Part shown: positions 48,521 to 59,829 of the stretch, piece after piece | How the letters are laid out: every line of letters begins with the position of its first letter | Position numbering within the stretch: the first letter of the stretch is position 1 | Assembly: GCF_006345805.1 (NCBI RefSeq) | Contig: NC_042998.1 | Span: 120,094,001-120,158,000, forward strand | DNA length: 64,000 bases | Source of the DNA: Octopus sinensis | Taxonomy: Eukaryota | Reading direction: 5' to 3' | Program-made: the position numbers and the translations under genes | The notes under the pieces: model-generated | The model's input: the letters and a program-made list of their open reading frames with translations, nothing else | Told to the model about the DNA's origin: nothing | Database searches by the model: none

Positions 48521-50258
48521 ATATAAACCGTTTTCGATCGAGTGTTCAGTGCGTCAGGGGTGCCCCTTGTCACCACTTTTGTACGTATTGGCTCTTGAGC
48601 CATTGCTGCGAAAGTTGGAGAGGCTGGGGAGTAACTCGGATGAAATCGGAGGTGGGAGGACGGTTACTGCTTATGCGGATGACGTCACCCTCATCGTGTC
48701 CAAAGAGGCCCAACTACCTTGTGTAGAGGAGGCTATCAGAGGATACGAGGCGGTGGCAGAGCAAAGGTTAACAAGGACAAATCGGTTGGCTTGCGCCTCG
48801 GCACCTGGAGGAGCAAGTCGATATCGTCCAGTGTCGTGGGACACTGGACGGATGGCCCTGTTAAGTTGCTGGGAGTTTGGTTTGGGCCAGACTCCCAAAC
48901 GGAGAAGAACTGGAGTGAGGTGACAAGCAAGGTGGAAGCCATAGTACGGACCTGGTCCGGAAGGTTTCTGTCCTTGAAAGGAAAGGCGGAGGTGGTGCAG
49001 ATGTTCATTGCATCTGTAATCACCTACCGCCTGACCGTTGTCCCTTGCCCCGATTCATGGCTTAACAAGTTGGAGCGAATCCTTTTCCGCTTTTTGTGGA
49101 AAGGAGGAAGGCCACTTGTGAGGCGCTCCGTTTGCTGCCAGGAACCGTTAAAGGGTGGGTTAGGAATGCCTTGGTTGATGATGCGCAGACATGCGTTGAG
49201 GCTAAGGCATCTCTGGCACCACCTGGAAGGTGATAAGGTGTGGAGTCCGCTGGCAGGGGGATTTTTCCCGAGACCGGCCTCCTTAGTGAATTTTAAACCC
49301 GGTTACATCAAAAGATGGAAACTGACTCCATGGCAAAAGGAGTGCCGACAGGCACTCACGCTGATCCACAAGGCCGGCTGCGGAAATACCACCTCGGTAT
49401 TTTATAGAGGGCTGGTAGAGGCAAAAAACGACGACGTCCTAGGAGGGGCTCTGGGGTTCGATGAAGACCAGCTTACCAACCTGTTTAAAAAAACTTTCAG
49501 GTCGGGGTATTTGGATAATTTCCAAAGATCCCTGGCCTGGCAGTGCTACAGGAATGCTTTACCTGTTCGCGAGAAGTTATCGCGGCACGGAGTTTCAGTG
49601 CCACCGACGTGTCCAGGTGCGAGTTGGACGATGAAACCGTCCAGCACGCTTTTTGTTCACTGTCGGAAGTTGTCCGACTTGATAAGTTACGCAGAACAAC
49701 GTGTTATCGCATCTGGGACGAGTACAGCTGTCGGCTGAGTCTATGATTAAGATGATACCGCCAACTGGACTCTCGAAGGAAGGTAAGGCATGTTTTCATC
49801 ACTGCACGGTTGCAGTAGTAAAAGAATGCATGTGGAGAACAAGAATGGAAGGAGCCGCGATAGGATCCTTTGTCTCTGGCCCCGGCTTGCTCACTTACTT
49901 CAGATATCATCTGAAGAGCAAAATGGGGCTGGAAAAGAGGATCTTACCACGGGGTGTGTATGAGAAAAGATGGAAGGAAGTGGAAAAAAGGTGGGTGTCA
50001 GAAGCCCAGCTTGACCATGGAGGAAGGAGAGGAAATAAAAGCTGCGGGGCCTCATAAATTGCCGGGGTGTAAAAACTCCAGTGAGATTATAAGTTCATGT
50101 ACTGTTGTTTGTTCTACTGGTCATGTAAAGGACACTTATGTTATAATGAATAATCCAAATGTAAATGAAATTTTTAAACGAATCTCTTAAATGTTTTTTG
50201 TATGTATGTCCTGTATGTCCTTCTGTGTAATCGATTTTTATAATCATAATAAAGAAAT
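48521..50258 (+). mobile_element. 5'-truncated L1/Tx1-clade LINE (RT C-half, zf-RVT, 3'UTR)
   Basis: VRQGCPLSPLLY, AYADDV, KVNKDKS, KLLGVWF, LSLKGKAEV, GGLGMP, TCP.C..ETVQHAF..C. Three frameshifts, no in-frame stops seen. 3'UTR ends AATAAAGAAAT. Confidence 0.93.
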
Positions 50259-50658
50259 ACCCCTCGCTTCAAAATATCTAAAGAATACGCACAGATCATG
50301 AATGGCTAAAAGTTAAGTGAATCGTCCAACCTCGCTACGACTACCTTCTTTCTTGCACTTATTCTTATCTTTCTCTATTCTTCAATTTCCATCTCATTGT
50401 ATTGTCCCTCATTCTTTCAGTATTCCCTCATTACCCTGTCTAGCTCAAACATTTTTTTTCGTTTAGACTTGTCTACAGGTTCATAGCCACTCTGATTTTT
50501 CAATTTTTCGTTTAGTGTTGTCTCCCGATTCATACAAACCCATTTGCTAGCTCATACGATTAACAGAACCTCTTTACTCAGACACGGTGCAACCGCCCTC
50601 CCACCCCCATCACGCATGACGGAAGTTCCTATTCTCTGCCATTCCGGGGTTGCTTCCC

Positions 50659-53600
50659 ATGAAGACTGCAAATGTTCTCACCATCCCTACCCCTAGTCTC
50701 GACCTGTGTAAGGTAATGTTCATACAGTGCAAAATATGAAAGGCTAGCGTTATGCAGGTTGTACTGAAGGCTACTTTACTACTTCATTTCTTGCACATGA
50801 ATTCTGCCAAATGCGAGCTTTCTTTTCAGGTACACGAAGCTACTGTCCACCGTCCCAGGGTCTCTAGAGCCCATGCCTCCCACACCCTCAGGGTTGGCAC
50901 CCTCAACGTTGGCACTCTGAAAGGTAGGTCTGGTGAGATAGTCGAGATGCTTGAACGGAGATGTGTGGATATATTTGCATGCAAGAAATAAGGTGGAGAG
51001 GAGGATCAGCTAGGTTCCTCACAGGCAAGGAACGCAGGTACAAGATTTTCTGGGCAGGGAACACTGACGGGGTTGGTGGCGTGGGTATACTTATCGCTGA
51101 GAAATGGGTAGATAAAGTAATTGAGGTAATCAGAGTATGTGACAGAATACTTAAGATTAGATTAGTGCTTCATCATAGTTTAGCAACCATATATCAGCCT
51201 ATGCTCCTCAGTCGGGGCTACCCGATGGACAGAAAGACCGATTCTATTCTATGACTCTACTGCAGACTACCCCTCGTTGACGAACGACAGAGACCTTATC
51301 TTTGTGGCTGGTGACTTCAATGGTCACGTTGGACGACATGCTGGGGGCTTCCATGGCGTACATGGAGGCTATGGCTATGGCTCCCGCAACGAGGAGGGAA
51401 CCAGGCTGCTGGAGTTCTGCGATGCAAATAATCTTATGATTTGCAACACTAACTTCAGGAAACCTACCAGCCACCTAGTCACTTACCAATCGGGCCAACA
51501 TACCAGCCAAATTGACTACATCCTTACAAGGCAAAGGAGAGATGGCTGCTTATAAATGCCAAAACCTTCCCAGGTGAAGAATGTACCCCACAACATAGAC
51601 TGGTAGTTAGTGACTTTAGGATCAGGACTAGGAGGACAACCAGAAGACGACAAATATGGAGAAGAAGGATCTGGAAGCTTAAAGATCCTGCAAATGGACA
51701 GAGATTTAGGGACATATTACTTGAAGCCTCTGACGAAGTAGAAGGGGATAGAGCATCACAGGGGGTAGAAGACAGCTGGACGTTTCTAAGAGACAACCTG
51801 CTGAGAGCCACTGACCAGATCTGTGGCTGGTGCAAAGTCCCCTCTCGACCTAGAATAACGTGGTGGTGGAACAATATTGTAGACAGGGCTATTAGAGAAA
51901 AGAGACAGGCTTGGAAGGTCTGGAAAAATGGGGGTAGCAGGGATTGTATCAGACTGCCAAAAGAGAAGCTAGGAGACAGGTTTATTTAGCCAGAGGGGAA
52001 GCAGATAAGAAAAAATTTGCCAATGTTCTGCGCCGTGAGGACCAAAGACTGGAGGTGTTTCGTGTTGCAAGACAGTGTGTGAGAGAGAATCGTGATGTGG
52101 TAGGAGAGAAGTGTGTTCGCATGGAAGATGGTTCACTTGCGCTAAATGAGGATGCAAAGAGAGAGGTTTGGAGATGCCACTATGAAAGGTTGCTGAATGA
52201 AGAAAATGAATGGGATAAAGAGAGTCTGCCGAATGTTGACCCAACAGAGGGACCAGCTATCCGAGTTGATAGTTCCGTGGTAGCTAAGGCAATTAGAAGC
52301 ATGAAGACAGGGAAAGCCCCAGGCCCATCAGGAATCACTGCAGAGATGCTCAAAATGTCTGGTAGTGTCGGCTATAGCCTAGTCACCCGTATAGTTAATC
52401 AGGTGATACACAAAGGGGTCATACCCAATGACTGGTGTAGCAGTATAATAGTCAACTGCTACAAAGGTAAAGGTGATGCCCTAGATACAAATAACTACAG
52501 AGGTATCAAGCTGTTGGACCAGGTGATGAAGGTTACGGAGAGGGTCATAGCCCAACTAATTAGAGAGAGAGTTAGTTTAGATGAGATGCAGTTTGGGGTT
52601 TGTGCCAGGGAAAAGTACTACTGATGCTATATTCCTGGTAAGGCAGCTGCAGGAGAAATACCTAGCCAAAGATAAGCCCCTGTACCTGGCTTTTGTTGAC
52701 ATGGAGAAAGCCTTCGACAGGGTCCCCCGATCCCTTATCTGGTGGGCAATGAGGAAACTAGGGATAGATGAATGGTTAGTGAGAGCTGTGCGGGCATGTA
52801 CAGGGACGCCGCTAGTAGGGTGAGGGTTGGAAATGTGTACAGTGAAGAATTCCGGGTAGATAGGAGTCCACCAAGGCTCAGTACTCAGCTCCCTCCTATT
52901 TATCATAGTCCTCCAGGCAATAACGGAGGAATTCAAGACAGGATGCCCTTGGGAGCTCCTCTATGCTGATGACCTTGCTCTAATTGCTGAGTCGCTATCA
53001 GAACTGGAGAAGTTTCAGGTGTGGAAACAAGGATTAGAATCGAAGGGCCTCAGAGTCAATCTAGCTAAAACCAAAGTCGTAATCAGTAGGAAGGTAGACA
53101 AATCACAAACACCTTCAGGTAGATGGCCCTGCTCGATCTGTAGAAAAGGTGTAGGTAGAAACTCTATAAGATGCACCAAGTGTAAGCTATGGACACATAA
53201 GAGATGCAGCAATGTCAAAGGAAGGCTAACTAGGAAGATGGTTTTTGTATGTGGCAGATGCTCAGGAACAATAAACACTGAAAATGCTCTGAGACCAACT
53301 TCCGTCACTTTCCAGGGAGAAAAACTAGAAATAGTTGATAGTTTCCGTTACCTAGGTGACCAAGTCAGCAGCGGGGGCGGGTGTGCTGAAAGTGTAACTG
53401 CTAGAGTAAGAATAGCTTGGGCAAAGTTCAGAGAGCTCTTACCTCTACTGGTGACAAAAGGCCTCTCGCACAGAGTGAAAGGCAGACTGTATGATGCGTG
53501 TGTACGAATAGCCATTCTACATGGCAGTGAAACATGGGCCGTGACTGCTGAGGATATGCGTAAGCTCGCTAGAAATGAAGCCAGTATGCTCCGATGGATG

Positions 53601-53914
53601 TGTAATGCCGGTACTCACACTCGGCAGAGTGTAAGTACCTTGAGAGAAAAGCTGGACCTAAGAAGCACCAGTTGTGGTGTGCAAGAGAGACGTTTGCGCT
53701 GGTATGGTCATGTGGCGAGAATGGATGAAGATAGTTGTGTGAAAAAGTGCCACACCCTAGCGGTTGAGGGAACCTGTGGAAGAGGCAGACCCAGGAAACC
53801 TGGGACGAGGTGGTGAAGCACGACCTTCGAACTTTAGGTCTCACTGAGGAAATGACTAGAGACCGAGACCTCTGGAAGTGTGCTGTGCGCGAGAAGACCC
53901 GGCAGGACAAGTGA
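50659..53914 (+). pseudogene. RTE endonuclease-reverse transcriptase ORF with PHD insertion, broken by about 8-9 short frameshifts
   Basis: Fragments 50752-50991, 50961-51254, 51277-51555, 51543-51945, 51944-52624, 52581-52823, ~52790-53816 and a C-terminus ending TGA at 53912-53914 join into one protein. Start is either ATG 50752 (unspliced) or ATG 50659 (spliced). Confidence 0.9.
53130..53261 (+). other. PHD-finger (C4HC3) coding segment inside the RT
   Basis: C-x2-C-x10-C-x2-C-x4-H-x2-C-x14-C-x2-C (CSIC..CTKCKLWTHKRC..CGRC). Confidence 0.85.
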
Positions 53915-54671
53915 GTCCATAACCCGTGGCCTTCTACATGGGATGGAGCCAGCCTACGTATGCATACCTTCCCTTCTTGGGACACAAAACTCTACTTGTG
54001 AAGACGTGATGAGGCAAGTGAGGATCAGAATCGAAATCGATCAATGGAAATTGCAGATGTGCTACCAGTGCCGGTGGCATGTCAAAACTCTGCTTGTGAA
54101 GACCCGTTGAGGCAAGTGACGATCAGAATCGAAATCGATCAATGGAAATCGATCAATGGAAATTGCAGATGTGTTACCAGTGCCGGTGGCATGTAAGAGA
54201 ACTTTCCGTTTCGCGACAGTTGCCAGCACCGCCCCGTTTCGTGTCCGTTGCCAGCCTCGCCTGGCCCTCGTGCCGGTGGCACATAAAAAGCACCATCCGT
54301 TCATGGCCGTTTGCCAGCTCTGTCTGGCACCAGTGCGGGTGGCACGTAAAAAGCACCCACTACACTCACGGAGTGGTTGGCGTTAGGAAGGGCATCCAGC
54401 CGTAGAAACACTGCCAGATTTGACTGGGCCTGATGAAGCCTTCTGGCTTCACAGACCCCAGTAGAACCGTCCAACCCATGCTAGCATGGAAAACGGACGC
54501 TAAACGATGATGATGATGATGATGATGAAAGTTTGGTGAACTGAAGTATACAGAACAGAGGATAAAAGAAGGTTCCTATATGCAACAAATGTTTGTGATG
54601 TATTTAAGCTCCAGATCTATGAGTTGGTGGTCAAATACTTTATCCATTTAACTATTTTATACCTACATTAT

Positions 54672-55052
54672 CTTTTGTCTTTTTCTTGTTTCAGTCATTA
54701 CACTGCAAACATGCTGGGGCACTGCCTTGAATTTTTAGTCAAATGAATGAATTGACCCCCATTACTTATCTTTTTTTAAGTCTGATACTTATTCTATTGG
54801 CCTTTTTTGCTGAACCACTAAGTTATGGGGATGCAAACACGCCAGTACTGGTTGTCAGGTGGTGGCGGTGTACAAACACAGACACAAAAACATACATATA
54901 AACGACAAACTTCTTTCAGTTTCCGTCTACCAAATCCACTCACAAGCCTGAGTCTATAGCAGAAGACACTTTCCCAAGGTGCCACACAGTGAGAGTGAAC
55001 CGGGAACCATGTGGTTGGAAAGCAAGCTTCTTACCACACAGTGACACTTGCA
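54672..55052 (-). mobile_element. tRNA-SINE head 1 + tail B
   Basis: Minus strand GTGTGGTAAGAAGCTTGC..CCCGGTTCACTCTCACTG..CCCCAGCATGTTTGCAGTGTAATGACTGAAACAAGAAAAAGA. Confidence 0.82.
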
Positions 55053-55141
55053 CCTATAAGCTGAATAACATCAAGAGTTATAAATGACATTTTTCTGATA
55101 TTAGTTATACGATTTAGAGATTTGAATTCATATTTCTTTAA

Positions 55142-55506
55142 TCTTTTACCTGTTTCAGTCATTGGATTGAGTCATGCTGGGCAACTGCCTTGAATGGTTT
55201 ACTTGAACAAATCAACCCTAGTACTTATTAAGCCTAGTACCTATTCTATCAGTCTCTTATGTTTTCTGATGCCGAACTGCTAAGTTGTAGGGATGTAAAC
55301 AAAACAACTGGTTGTCAAGCAGTGGTGGGAGGACAAATACATACACACACACACAACGGGTTTCTTTCTACCAAATCCACTCATAAGACTTTGGTCAGCC
55401 TGGGGCTATAGTGGAATACACTTCCCTAAGCTGCCATGTAGTGGGACTGAACCCAGAAACATGTGGTTGGGAAGCAAACTTCTTACTACACAACTACACA
55501 TGCACC
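55142..55506 (-). mobile_element. tRNA-SINE head 1 + tail B (second, tandem copy)
   Basis: Same organisation as 54672-55052; B box GGGTTCAGTCCCAC. Confidence 0.8.
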
Positions 55507-55989
55507 TCAAAAATCTGAATCGTCATTTATCAGGGCATTGATGCAAGATGAAACTTGGTATTTTAATGCAACGATCTTGACAATAACTGCAAATGTTTTA
55601 ATTTGAACACGTTTTAATGTTTATAATAAATTAAAGAATTTTATTAAATTTATTACAGCTTAGTGTTAATAATGTATAGAAAATTTAATGATCTTTTAGC
55701 CTTAAAACTGAACCTTCTCATTAAAATTCTCATGTAATAATCCCTAGTTTTATTAATTTTTCTTATTTTAAGGTGCTATATAAATATTTATAGCTCTTTA
55801 AAGTTATTCAGCTCAAACTAAATTTCTTGCAAATGGTTTATTTGTTGTCAAACTATGTTGAGCCAGACTAAACAGGCCCATTATCAAAGTTAGTCCATCC
55901 ATGACTATTCCATCCCTCTTTCAAATGTAGTACCTTTCGAAGACTTCTGTATGTGCCATGCCTAGAGATTCTGGCAATTATAGACTTAA

Positions 55990-56400
55990 CCTCCTCTTGT
56001 CTCACACCCCCCAAAAATTATTAAGTTACTGGGCTGGTTTTTCTGTAATGACTGATAAGAACATAAAGTATCTTCTCTCTCTGTTTTCTTTGGTTTCTTC
56101 AAGGTTTTGTTTTCTCATGATACTCTTGTGTCTTTATGCTATTAGTAGTTTCTACTTCTCAGAACACTTAGACATTTGGTACTCTATCTGTATAAGATAT
56201 CTTCTGCATTTGTGTAAGAAAGCTACATCTCTGCAACATTGACAACTTTTGCCTTTGTTTACATTTCAGGTCACACAGCCACATTGGTTCTATGTTTGCC
56301 CCAATACTCTTTGTTTACTCTTATTGCTAGCGGTTTATTTGACAATATATTTCTGATCTCACCAAAAACATCCTTAACCTGTGCAATCTTTAAGACCACA
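55990..56400 (-). mobile_element. Very old RTE 3' ORF fossil
   Basis: Minus strand AKDVF..RNILSNK.L, RISYTDRV.N..VLR fragments. Confidence 0.55.
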
Positions 56401-59400
56401 CTGTTTAATGTACCTTTCAGCTTATAAAAACAATTGAGTATGCTTTAAAAGTGATTCAGCTGCAATCTCCAGCAGATTGAGCAACCATGTTGAGGCTCCT
56501 TTGGTTTGATATATTTTAGTTTTACTCATGGTTTATTATAACAGACATTTCTGGATATTTTCATAGACTTTATAATGTTCTTGTAAGCAGAAATAAATTC
56601 CCCAGTAAGCTTGCCATTTTTCATAACCAAACTAGAGATAGTATTAAGACTGATAAAATATTAATATGAAGTGCTTAAAATTACTGTTTGTTTTTGAAGC
56701 ATATGTAACTTGCATAAAAATGGATTAAATTACTTATATTCTTATTTAACTCTCAGTTTGTGACCTCAGCAAGTGATGTTCATGAATTTATCAAGGCAGC
56801 TGTTATCATTTTCATGTTTCTCACAACTCAGTAATTCTAGATATTTTCATAAATGAAATCTTAGACCACCTATATTAATTTTTTAATACAAGGAAGTGAC
56901 CAAGTGATGGACCTCATACTTATAGGTCATGAGTTCAAACCTGGACAGAACACTTTATTCTGCATTAGCTGTTCTACATTAACTGTTATTCCACTTAAGT
57001 GTTCAAATTAGATCCCAGATCATGTGAGGTATTGGTGTTCTTTCTAGGAGTAGACTTACTTCCCATTGTCTTAACCCCAAGAAACCAGGACTACGGTCAA
57101 ACTTTTTAGAACTTACAAGGAATAAACAAACTGTATCTACTGAAAAGGAGGGCACATTGGCTGTACAGATAAGTTCCTTCTAGGCAAAGCACACAACTGT
57201 GTTTGCCTTAAAGTATATGTAAAATCAATTTATATATAAATGTCTGTAATTGCAAAGATGAATGTAAGGTAATATATTTGAAATTTCTTATACATGTGAC
57301 TTTAAAAGAATGAAATAGAAGTCTTTTTTACTTATTTGCTGAGTCTGGAGGAAGAGTCTTTGCCCATGACTGTCGCAAGCCTTTTAAGATTAGTGAGCTT
57401 CATACTATTAATATTCTGTTTAAACTGTTATAGGTCAATTCTTGCAGGAAAGATATGAACAGGGAGAAGATTATGGCAGGCCAATATTCTGGAGAGAAAG
57501 GATTATAATGGGTTAGTGTAGGGCTGTAAGGGTTGGGTGCACAAAAAGTGATGAGAGGTGGAAAGACAAATGGATTGTGGCACCTGGGTGGTAGAAGTAC
57601 AAGACCAGCCAGCTTTCCAAAAAGATGTTGGTGTAGATGGTCATGGCAGTGATGGTGGATTGAACTTTAATGTATGATTTAGTGATGATGATGGACTTAA
57701 TTTTGGATCACTTTGGTCAGTGTTTCTGTGTGTTACAGAAACCTTGTTCCTATGATTTTGTCTTTCAGTCCTCTGACCTTTATAAAGTGAGTATTTGTAA
57801 TATAGTGAGACATACGCCCAGTCTGTTATATTAATAGCCTATCTTTCAAATGCATTTATAATATTCTGCACCAATAATGATGAAATTTCTATGTGGTTGC
57901 TTGACATGGTTATCTTTGATCATAAATCTGATCAATGTGATCTGACTTCAGGCTAAATAACAATAAGACATAACATTAAGAATTGTTGACAACTTAATAA
58001 ATTGTTAAAATACATAGCATTGAATTATGTAGAAAGTTTAGACTTCTCAGATATTGGTATTTAATGGAATAAAATAATGACGCATCAATCTTTGAGGAGT
58101 GAAGGCAAATCTAATTAGACAAAATGACAAGATCTGTGATGTAGAGGTAGACTGTTGATAAACCGACTTTAAAATATAGTTCCATTACTTAGTTTGCTCA
58201 CTTGATTGCATATCATTATTACCTTTGTGAAAGTCATGAATATCACACAGTCTTGCTTCTCCTTCCCTTAAAACAATAAAATTCTTTGTCTTTAAGAAGC
58301 TAATATTTTGTGACTCTGTTTTTAGTAAGATTAGGTGGCCAATAATTTTCATTAAATTTTAAAATAAGGATCATTGTGTGTGTATGAAGCAGGGGAATAG
58401 TTATAAAAATTTTAATTTTTTGTTATTGGAATTCAGCTTAAACAGGTTTTACATAACTGTTTCCAGTTTTGTCAAATAGAAAAATTCCTTTTATCTTGAA
58501 TGGCATTTTCTTTCTTTTGTCTTCAAATGTAATCAACAAGCTCAGTGCTAAGTTAAATTCCATTGATTTTGTTTCCTGAATTCAGTTTTCAATGAGAATA
58601 GTTTTGCTTACCAGTTAAATTTCATGTAAATATTAGGACTTTGTTTCCTTGTCTTTGTAACCCTTGTTTCATCTGGAATCATTTAAAAGTATTCTTACAT
58701 ATTTTAGTTCAAAATATATTTCAACTCATTTCACTTTTAAAGAAAAATTGTTTAAAATCTTAAATTTTTAAAAATATTATCTCCTCTCACAATTATATGA
58801 AAGCTGATATGAAAATGATTCTGATATACTTTGTAAATCAGCTTCAATATATTTATGAAATCACATAAAATTTAATGAAAGTTAATTGTTAACATTCTGT
58901 GTCCTGTATTATTCTCAGCTAGTTAATAAAATAAAATTAAAATTTGCAAGAAAATGGAAATTTTTTTAAAAAAACTATACTCTAGACTGAGTATATTGTG
59001 CAAATATTAAAAAATTGCTGCCTGTAAGACGTTCAGTAAGCTTATTACACAAAATCAGTTGGAGATCTTCTAAATATATCTGTAGTGAACATAGCTTTAG
59101 TTAAAAGTGAAAGTCATTGTTAACTTGTAATAAAGAAATAGTTTTGTTCTGTATACAGGGTGCAGGAACTTAATATTGTGTTCATTGCAACAATAGCTGC
59201 ATAAGAGGTTTATGATTTAAATATATGTAACATTTTATATATGGAACTACATAGATATTTTACACACACATTACTGTTTTTACATTGAATTTTTCCTGAA
59301 AAATTTCCCTATCTAGATGTGGTAGTATTTATTTATTTATTTTGCTGTATGCTCAAGTTATTATGAAATTCAGACAGACTTTGTTGCCAGTCAGCCTAGA

Positions 59401-59829
59401 GCAATGAACTATGTTCCTTATTCAGATACACACACAATATCTGTAGCAAGATTTAAAATTGTATATTATCATATACACATAGAGCATTAAAAAAAAATCA
59501 AAATCAAAAAATTAAAAGGAACAAAGATTGGTGGTTTTCTTTGTGTATATATCAGATGAAGAAGGACCAATAAATCAAATGGCTTGACATAATGGTGGAA
59601 CAAATTCATCCAACCTATGCTACCATGAAAAAGCAGTTGTAAACTGATATATATTATTTGAAAGATCTTGAGTTCAGATCTGTGAAAGGTATTTTCTCGA
59701 GTTTCTGGGCAGATCATTTTATTTTACATTGGTACAATTAGCCCTAGCTGTTGCTTTCTGTGAAAGATAGCATCCTACTCATGAAAATATTTATCTCACA
59801 TCGCTTTGACATAATGAAACCAGGCATTA

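Larger units (their letters stand above)
50259..54527 (+). mobile_element. Young near full-length RTE-clade LINE (5' boundary uncertain between 50259 and ~50590)
   Basis: APE endonuclease (VGTLNVGTL, QEIRW, GDFNGHVG, IDYIL, QHRLVV), RT (NYRGIKL, QFGF, DMEKAFDRVP, YADD at 52962-52973), 610-nt 3'UTR, (GAT)n tail. CpGs intact; no TSD found. Confidence 0.96.

Noticed and set aside
50259-50320. HDV-like ribozyme words (CCCCTCGC, GGCTAA) upstream of the RTE
   Set aside because: No P1/P1.1/P3 pairing can be built.
50491-50572. 82-nt segment missing from the 48.2 kb copy of the leader, considered as a spliced-out intron
   Set aside because: Boundaries are not GT-AG on either strand even allowing for the 1-nt slide.
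54006-54060. GTGATGAG..CGAAA hammerhead-like words in the RTE 3'UTR
   Set aside because: C3 is absent, stem II does not pair, there is no NUH triplet, and the duplicate copy reads CGTTGAG.
56239-56427. Plus-strand ORF after a TTTCAG acceptor
   Set aside because: It is the antisense of an old RTE fragment.
57449-57512. Exon-like ERYEQGEDYGRPIFWRERIIM with GTTAGT donor
   Set aside because: Lies in purine-rich, repeat-like sequence, its phase does not fit the 19182 exon, and there is no homology evidence.
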